Source of the DNA: Candidatus Calditenuaceae archaeon HR02
GTDB taxonomy: Archaea; Thermoproteota; Nitrososphaeria_A; Caldarchaeales; Calditenuaceae
Direction of reading: 5' to 3'
Length of the DNA: 32,000 nucleotides
Assembly (NCBI GenBank): GCA_002898395.1
Contig: BEHE01000013.1
Coordinates: forward strand, 1-32,000
How positions within the stretch are numbered: position 1 is the stretch's first letter; every line of letters begins with the position of its first letter. Below, piece after piece: positions 26,620-32,000 of the stretch. Made by a program: the position numbers and the translations under genes. The notes beneath the pieces were generated by a model, which had not been told where the DNA came from, made no database searches, and saw only the letters and a list, made by a program, of their open reading frames with translations.

Positions 26620-27273
26620 TGGTGTGGAGTTTAGGGAGCTTAGCGACTTTGAGTGGTGGTTGATTAGGTCGCTTCTCCCTCCTAAGCCTAGGGTTGGTAG
26701 TCCTAGGGCCGATGACAGGCGCGTTAAAAAAACGGGATACTCTATGTCCTCACCACCGGTTGTAGGTGGACGGATATGTCTGCCGGGTACGGTTCTTATA
26801 AGACGGCTTGGAGGAGGCTTAGGCTTTGGCAGGAGCTGGGCGTCTGGGAGGAGATATTGAGGGCCCTTGCATCGGCTAGGAGCGCGGATAGGGTCGCTGT
26901 TGACAGCACTACCGTTGAGGCAAAAAGGGGGAAGAGCTGGTAGGGTACGATGGCTTCAAGCGGAGGAAGGGTTCTAAGATACATGTCTGCGTCGATGGAG
27001 AGTCTATGGAGATAAGGAACAGCCCTCCTCAATGGGTGTAGAGGCTAACATACTAGTCAACCGTAGGAGAGGCAGGAGACCCAAACCCTACAACATAGAA
27101 GCATACAGGAGGAAGAGGAGCGCTGTAGAGAGGTTCTCCGCATGGATAAAAAGCCTCAGGAGAATCATTCATAGTAAGATATGAAAGACTATCATCAACA
27201 TACACAGCACTAGTAAAAATAGCGTGCATAATAGTCAACCTAAGATACGGAAACGGAATTTTGATACTAGTTC
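26620..27273 (+). pseudogene. IS5-family (IS427/IS1031-like) transposase, internally deleted and frameshifted
   Basis: LSDFEWWLIRSLLPPKPRVGSPRADDRRV, then after the A7 run (26726-26732) NGILYVLTTGCRWTDMSAGYGSYKTAWRRLRLWQELGVWE. This is followed by GYDGFKRRKGSKIHVCVDG, YRRKRSAVERFSAWIKSLRRI and RYERLSSTY in different frames. A degenerate end-like GGAATTTTGATAC lies at 27254. Confidence 0.6.
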
Positions 27274-27366
27274 GTTATTTAATCCCTATTTAGTGTTAAT
27301 CCGCCCATACTTTGCAAAAACGGTGCATTGGGGTCCTAACCGGGTGGACCCGGCTGAGAGGAGTCT

Positions 27367-27822
27367 CTACTCTAGGATGTAGGTTGGTTGTGATTTTATA
27401 ACCCTCGTAGTGACTAGGACGTTTACCTCTCTCACGCCATTAACTCGCTTGACCTTGTCGATGAGGTTTTGGAGGTCCGCAAGGTCTCGGGCAAATGCTA
27501 CGGCGATCAAGTCGTATTCACCGCTGAACTGGTAGATGTTCAGTATCTCTCTCCAATTCTTCAGCTCTCCTATGGCTTCCTCTCTGAGGCTGGGGTCTAG
27601 CTTTATCATGAAGGCCGCTGAGACGGTTAGTCCGATCTTCCTCGGGTCGACTATCGCGACGAATCCTCTGATAACTCCCCTCTCAAGTAGCCTCTTAATC
27701 CTGAACCTGACTGTGTTCTCAGGCATCCCAATCTTCTCGGCTATCGTCGAGGCTGGCATCCGCGCATCCATCTGCAGTAGCCGTATTATTGCAAGGTCCT
27801 TCTCATCAAGTTCCGCCATCAT
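27367..27822 (-). CDS. Lrp/AsnC-family transcriptional regulator
   Basis: DLAIIRLLQMDARMPASTIAEKIGMPENTVRFRIKRL (HTH) followed by an RAM/ACT-like C-terminal domain. 151 aa. Confidence 0.85.
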   Translation of the reverse strand: MMAELDEKDLAIIRLLQMDARMPASTIAEKIGMPENTVRFRIKRLLERGVIRGFVAIVDPRKIGLTVSAAFMIKLDPSLREEAIGELKNWREILNIYQFSGEYDLIAVAFARDLADLQNLIDKVKRVNGVREVNVLVTTRVIKSQPTYILE

Positions 27823-27829
27823 AGCTAGT

Positions 27830-28675
27830 CTATCGATTCTTCTCTCTAAGCCTCCGCATAAGTGTTTTAGTAACTAGGACGCCGAAGAAGATTGCGGTGG
27901 CTACGCCCGCTATGGCTCCGCCGGAGCTTATGGAGAGGTAGTATGAGAGGTAGAGGCCGACTATGGCAGAGGATACGGCTATGAGTATGGAGGCTCCGAT
28001 CATCTGGGTTATATTGCGGGAGATTAGCTGGGCTGTGGCACCGGGTGTTACGAGGAGAGTTATGACGAGGATTATCCCTACGGTGTTAAGGGCGCTGACA
28101 ATGGCGAGCGAGAGCAGTATCATCAGGACGTAGTGTAGAAGTGTTGTCGGAATCCCTATCACCTTGCTGAATATTGGGTCGAAGGTGTAAGCCACTATCT
28201 CCTTTAACAGCACCGCCACGGTTAGGAGGACGAGAGCGCCGATGGCCGCTGATATATACATGTCGTTGGGCGAGACTCCTATAGGATTGCCGAATAGGAC
28301 GTGGAAAACATCTACGGCAGGCCGCATCCAGCTCAGCAGAATTAGGCCTGTGGCGAAGGCCCCTGTCATAACCACTCCTATCGCGGTGTCATTCCTGATG
28401 CGGGCTCTAGACTCTACAAGCCCTATCAGGGCCGACGACCCGACCCCCGCGAGTAGTGCGCCAACGATGTAAGGTATGTCAAGGGCTAGAGCTATTGCGA
28501 TACCTGGCAGGACTGAGTGTGAGATCGCGTCTCCAAGTAGGGCCCAGCCTCTCAGGACTACGAAGCTGCTGAGTATCGAGCACGTGACAGCCACTATGAT
28601 TGACGTAGCCGTAGCTACTCTCATGAACTCATAACCCATAGGCTCGGCTAGAAGTTCGAGCATGCCTACCTCCAC
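27830..28675 (-). CDS. metal (Zn/Mn/Fe) ABC importer permease, ABC-3 family
   Basis: A 281-aa polytopic membrane protein in an operon with the ATPase and a TroA/ZnuA-like binding protein. Confidence 0.85.
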   Translation of the reverse strand: MEVGMLELLAEPMGYEFMRVATATSIIVAVTCSILSSFVVLRGWALLGDAISHSVLPGIAIALALDIPYIVGALLAGVGSSALIGLVESRARIRNDTAIGVVMTGAFATGLILLSWMRPAVDVFHVLFGNPIGVSPNDMYISAAIGALVLLTVAVLLKEIVAYTFDPIFSKVIGIPTTLLHYVLMILLSLAIVSALNTVGIILVITLLVTPGATAQLISRNITQMIGASILIAVSSAIVGLYLSYYLSISSGGAIAGVATAIFFGVLVTKTLMRRLREKNR

Positions 28676-29427
28676 TTCGCCACCTTCTCCAAGTCGTCTA
28701 GATGTAGTGCTATGGTTGAGCCGCCGTAAGTATTTGCAAGGTTCTCGGATGTAAGCACCTCTTTTGGCGGGCCGAAGGCAACTAGCCGATTTCTAATAAG
28801 GGCTACGTAATCGAATATCTCCAGCGTCGCGCTGATGTCGTGCGTAGCCATTACAATAGTCTTCCCCTGATCCCTGAGCGTCTTAAGAATCTCTAGGAGG
28901 ATGGTCTCGGAGGGCGCGTCCAGGCCTGCTATAGGCTCGTCAAGCAGGTAGACCTCGCCGCCTTGGCATATGGCCCGCGCTAGAAAGGTCCTCTGCTGCT
29001 GGCCGCCCGAGAGCTCAGAGATCTTCCGGGAGGCAAGGTCTTCAAGCATCACAAGCCTCAAAGCGGTATCAACTCGGCTGTCGTGGCTGTCAAGCCATCT
29101 GAAAACCCCCCGCCTCCTAATGTTACCCATGGCCACAACATCTCTCACGGTGAGAGGATACTCCCAGTATACCTCCTCCCTCTGCGGCGTATACGCGACC
29201 AGGCCACGGGTCTTCGACGGGTCTTTCCCAAGCACTTTTACCCTCCCTGATGTGGGTTTGACTAGGCCGGCTAGCATTTTGAGGATGCTTGTCTTACCGG
29301 CGCCGTTCGGCCCAATCAGTGCGATCATCTTCCCCGCTTCCGACCTGAATGTAACTTCTCGCAGGGCGACTACATCATCGTATCTAAGTGTCGCCGACTC
29401 AAGTTCTATCGCGTACATCAGCACCAC
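28666..29427 (-). CDS. metal ABC importer ATP-binding protein
   Basis: GPNGAGKTS, LSGGQQQR, LLDEPIAGLD. Confidence 0.9.
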   Translation of the reverse strand: MVLMYAIELESATLRYDDVVALREVTFRSEAGKMIALIGPNGAGKTSILKMLAGLVKPTSGRVKVLGKDPSKTRGLVAYTPQREEVYWEYPLTVRDVVAMGNIRRRGVFRWLDSHDSRVDTALRLVMLEDLASRKISELSGGQQQRTFLARAICQGGEVYLLDEPIAGLDAPSETILLEILKTLRDQGKTIVMATHDISATLEIFDYVALIRNRLVAFGPPKEVLTSENLANTYGGSTIALHLDDLEKVAKWR

Positions 29428-30371
29428 CTTGACAGCTCCCTGACAATCGTCTCTACGTTATACCTCATCATCGAGATATAGTTGTCGTGTCCAATCTCCG
29501 CCGGCCCTAGCGAGTCAGTATAGAGTCTGCCAGCAACCCTGCCGTGGAGGCGCGAGGCAAAAGCCTCCATCACCCTCGGGCTCAGAGTCGACTCAATGAA
29601 GAAAACGCACAGCCCACTCCCCTCAACTCTCTTCTGGGCCCGCGCCACGTCGAGTGGGGATGGCTCAAGCTCTGTTATCATTGAGTAAAAGTATCCAACA
29701 ATCTTGAAGCCGTACGCCCTTGCAAAGTATTGGAAGGCGTTCTCCTGGGTGAAGAGGAGCCTTCTCGAGGGCTCGATCTTCGCTACCTCCTCCCTTATCC
29801 AGGCGTCAAGCCTCCAAAGCTCCTCGATGTATTTTGCGGCCCGCTCCCTATATCCCTCAGCACCAGCCGGGTCTACCTCGATGAAGGCATCCCTAATCCT
29901 CTCTACATATCGTATAGCAAGTCCGACATCCATCCACATGTGAGGGTCCATCCTACCGGCGTAGGGCCCATCAGGAACTAGGAGGGCATACTTCTCGAGC
30001 CCCTCAGTCACTCTCACAACCTTCGCCCTAGAAGAGGCTGTGACAAGCCTTAGAATCCACGCATCGATTGTGAAGCCGTTGTAGAGTATAAGGTCTGCCT
30101 CCGCAGCCTTAACCATGTCTCTCGGCGTGGGCTCAAAGGTGTGCGGGTCTCTGCCAGGCATGACCATATACTCTACCCGCCACCCCGGCCCAGCCACATT
30201 CCTAGCCATATCCCATATTATTGTAGTTGTGGCGAGGGCTACTCGTCTTTCACCCCCCGGCCCGCCAGCGACTCCAACGTAAGTGATGGGGAAAGGTAAG
30301 AGTAGGATGATGAGTGCGGCCAGATATGCCAGCATGTAGGCGCCCCTAGTCATTATAAACACACCCCTCAC
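29418..30371 (-). CDS. TroA/ZnuA-like metal-binding lipoprotein or anchored binding protein
   Basis: DPHTFEP and DPHMWMD motifs, with an N-terminal hydrophobic anchor. Confidence 0.85.
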   Translation of the reverse strand: MRGVFIMTRGAYMLAYLAALIILLLPFPITYVGVAGGPGGERRVALATTTIIWDMARNVAGPGWRVEYMVMPGRDPHTFEPTPRDMVKAAEADLILYNGFTIDAWILRLVTASSRAKVVRVTEGLEKYALLVPDGPYAGRMDPHMWMDVGLAIRYVERIRDAFIEVDPAGAEGYRERAAKYIEELWRLDAWIREEVAKIEPSRRLLFTQENAFQYFARAYGFKIVGYFYSMITELEPSPLDVARAQKRVEGSGLCVFFIESTLSPRVMEAFASRLHGRVAGRLYTDSLGPAEIGHDNYISMMRYNVETIVRELSRWC

Positions 30372-30546
30372 AAAAACGCAGATTCAACCGCTGCTGAACA
30401 TCAAATGGACACAGATCTTAATTAACTTAATAACCTAGATCGGGTGATGAGCTGTCCTAGTTAGGTCCTCCACGTGATAGGCGGCTACAAGAATCGTTTA
30501 TGGTGAACCATGTTTAAGAGCTCGCTACCCTTCTATAAGGATTTAG

Positions 30547-31512
30547 ATGGCAGCAGTCGGAGATGGTCTCGTGAAAGGTCTTCACCACATAACCCTAGTC
30601 ACGGCTAGTGAGAGGGTTAACAGGCGATTCTACACCGAGGTGCTGGGGCTCAGGCGCGTCAAGCTATCCGTGAACCAAGACGACATCTTCCACAGACACC
30701 TATTCTACGGGGATGAGCGGGGGTCTAGCGGTTCAGTGGTAACATTTTTCGAATGGCCACACCTCGTCAGGGGCCATCCAGGCCTCGGCTCGCCCCACCA
30801 CCTAGCATACTCCGTCAAAGATGTGGAGGCGCTCCTGAAGTGGTCATCGTGGCTTAAGAGGAACGGTCTACGGGTGAGTGGGCCACATATCGTGGGTGAT
30901 AGGGTCTCGATTTATTTCAGGGACCCAGATGGCTTTCTTCTTGAGCTTGCATCTAGGATTGAAGGCGGCATCGACGATGCTGCCTTGAGGGAGATGTTCG
31001 TCGAGGAGGTTGATGTTGACGGGATAACTCAGGACATGCGCCTCTCGCTGATGGACCATGCTTCACCGCTTGCCACAGATGCGGCGCAGCTGGAGCGTTT
31101 CCTCTCAAAGACCCTCGGACTAAAGATGGTATCTAAGAGAGAGAACCCGCACGACAGCCAGGCCGTGATCCTTGGATTCGGATGCGAAGACCATGACTTC
31201 CTCAGATATATTCTGAAACCATCCATCCGTGCAGGCTTCGTAGGTATCGGAAGCATACACCACATAGCGGTTAAGGTTGAGAGTGATGAGGACCAGAAGA
31301 AGGTAATGCAGACCCTCGACTCGGTAGGCATCAGACACTCTGGGATAATCGACCGGTTCTGGTTCAAGTCTCTCTACTTCAGAGACCCATTTGGAAACCT
31401 TTTAGAAGTGGCCACGACCGGGCCGGGATACACTGTAGACGAGGCGCCGGGGGTCGCTTGGCTCCAGACTAGTTCTTCCACCATGGCTCGAGCCCGAGAG
31501 GAGAAGGATTGA
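30547..31512 (+). CDS. two-domain VOC (glyoxalase/ring-cleaving dioxygenase, MhqO-like) protein; the 3' end is probably frameshifted and the true end is likely 31603
   Basis: GLHHITLV..YFRDPDGFLLE and IHHIAVKV..YFRDPFGNLLE are two VOC repeats. After the G5 run (31449-31453) the family-typical SLGSRLVLPPWLEPERRRIEEAL continues in another frame to TGA 31601-31603. Confidence 0.7.
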   Translation: MAAVGDGLVKGLHHITLVTASERVNRRFYTEVLGLRRVKLSVNQDDIFHRHLFYGDERGSSGSVVTFFEWPHLVRGHPGLGSPHHLAYSVKDVEALLKWSSWLKRNGLRVSGPHIVGDRVSIYFRDPDGFLLELASRIEGGIDDAALREMFVEEVDVDGITQDMRLSLMDHASPLATDAAQLERFLSKTLGLKMVSKRENPHDSQAVILGFGCEDHDFLRYILKPSIRAGFVGIGSIHHIAVKVESDEDQKKVMQTLDSVGIRHSGIIDRFWFKSLYFRDPFGNLLEVATTGPGYTVDEAPGVAWLQTSSSTMARAREEKD

Positions 31513-31665
31513 GGAGGCCCTCAGGCTCCTAGATGAGAAGTTTCCAGCAAGGTGGCCACCGATATATAGTCCGGCTCCCGAGAAGCCTGAGAGGGTGGCG
31601 TGACATACCCACTCGTGATATGACTCAAAAAAATCTTTTATCCTTAAATCAGGTCTTTAAAGAAT

Positions 31666-31851
31666 GTGAAAACTCTACACGTTCTTCCCTTTTTTGAGCC
31701 CGCAGGCGGGCCTGCAACTCATGTTTACTATCTTTCTAAAGATTTGGCTGGAAAAGGGATAGAGTGTGTGGTCTGCGCTCGCGAGGTATATGAGTGGATT
31801 GGCAGTGATGATATATGCCATATCCAGCAGTTTCTAAATAGAATGACTTAA
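31666..31851 (+). pseudogene. N-terminal fragment of a GT4-type glycosyltransferase
   Basis: MKTLHVLPFFEPAGGPATHVYYLSKDLAGKGIECVV matches the GT-B N-terminal beta-alpha-beta of GT4 enzymes. The ORF stops after 61 codons. Confidence 0.4.
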
Positions 31852-32000
31852 ATAGACATAAGTTGTAATAAATGTTGATGGAGAGGCTTTACACTTTAAA
31901 GGAGGCTAAGAGGGTCTTAGGCTTACGAGGTTCGGTTTTGAAACGTTTAGGAAGATTTTTCAGACATTCGGCACATCTATCGAAGTGGTAAGCCATGAAG

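Noticed and set aside
31872-31991. A 39-codon ORF, MLMERLYTLKEAKRVLGLRGSVLKRL.., resembling a MerR/excisionase-type HTH such as the N-terminus of IS607-type serine recombinases.
   Set aside because: It is very short, the similarity fades after 25 residues, and it sits at the window edge, so the context cannot be seen.
1-32000. CRISPR arrays, tRNA genes and rRNA genes.
   Set aside because: No regularly spaced direct repeats are present. The TTCGAA T-loop-like strings at ~155 and ~2800 lie inside PIN and Hjc-like coding remnants and lack flanking tRNA stems. No rRNA signature motifs are present.

Overview
The window looks like chromosomal DNA from a thermophilic archaeon, probably Thermoproteota/crenarchaeote-like. 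Evidence is aIF5B, an archaeal-type GluRS, a solute-binding protein with a C-terminal membrane anchor, and AGR/ATA codon usage. No species is claimed. Three ordinary housekeeping blocks are present. Block 1 is gcvH, a small ORF, gltX and a YchF/Obg-like GTPase, followed by a 5-gene Opp/Dpp-type peptide ABC transporter (6.6-16.5 kb). Block 2 is an HD hydrolase and aIF5B (19.1-21.8 kb). Block 3 is Lrp/AsnC, a Zn/Mn-type ABC importer and a VOC dioxygenase (27.4-31.6 kb). These blocks are separated by three decayed accessory islands (1-6.6 kb, 16.56-19.1 kb, 21.8-27.3 kb) full of toxin-antitoxin genes, gene fragments and IS/MITE debris. Two signals are the most unusual. (1) A ~1.15 kb block at 3914-5062 is G+C-rich, G-skewed and has no credible ORF, which looks like a large structured RNA gene. 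(2) Directly abutting it is an intact, compact (283 aa) IS110-family-like recombinase gene. A second copy elsewhere carries one in-frame TAG, and a third is a decayed remnant. The 3' ORF end plus ~150 nt of non-coding end in these elements is far better conserved than the protein and folds into an 18-bp stem, which is bridge-RNA-like. A GAGCGTGTC..AAAAATTCC inverted-repeat family (5 copies) defines a 145-bp MITE and brackets a 2.67 kb cargo segment. No rRNA, tRNA or CRISPR array was found. All calls come from reading the sequence and ORF translations by eye; no searches or folding programs were run.
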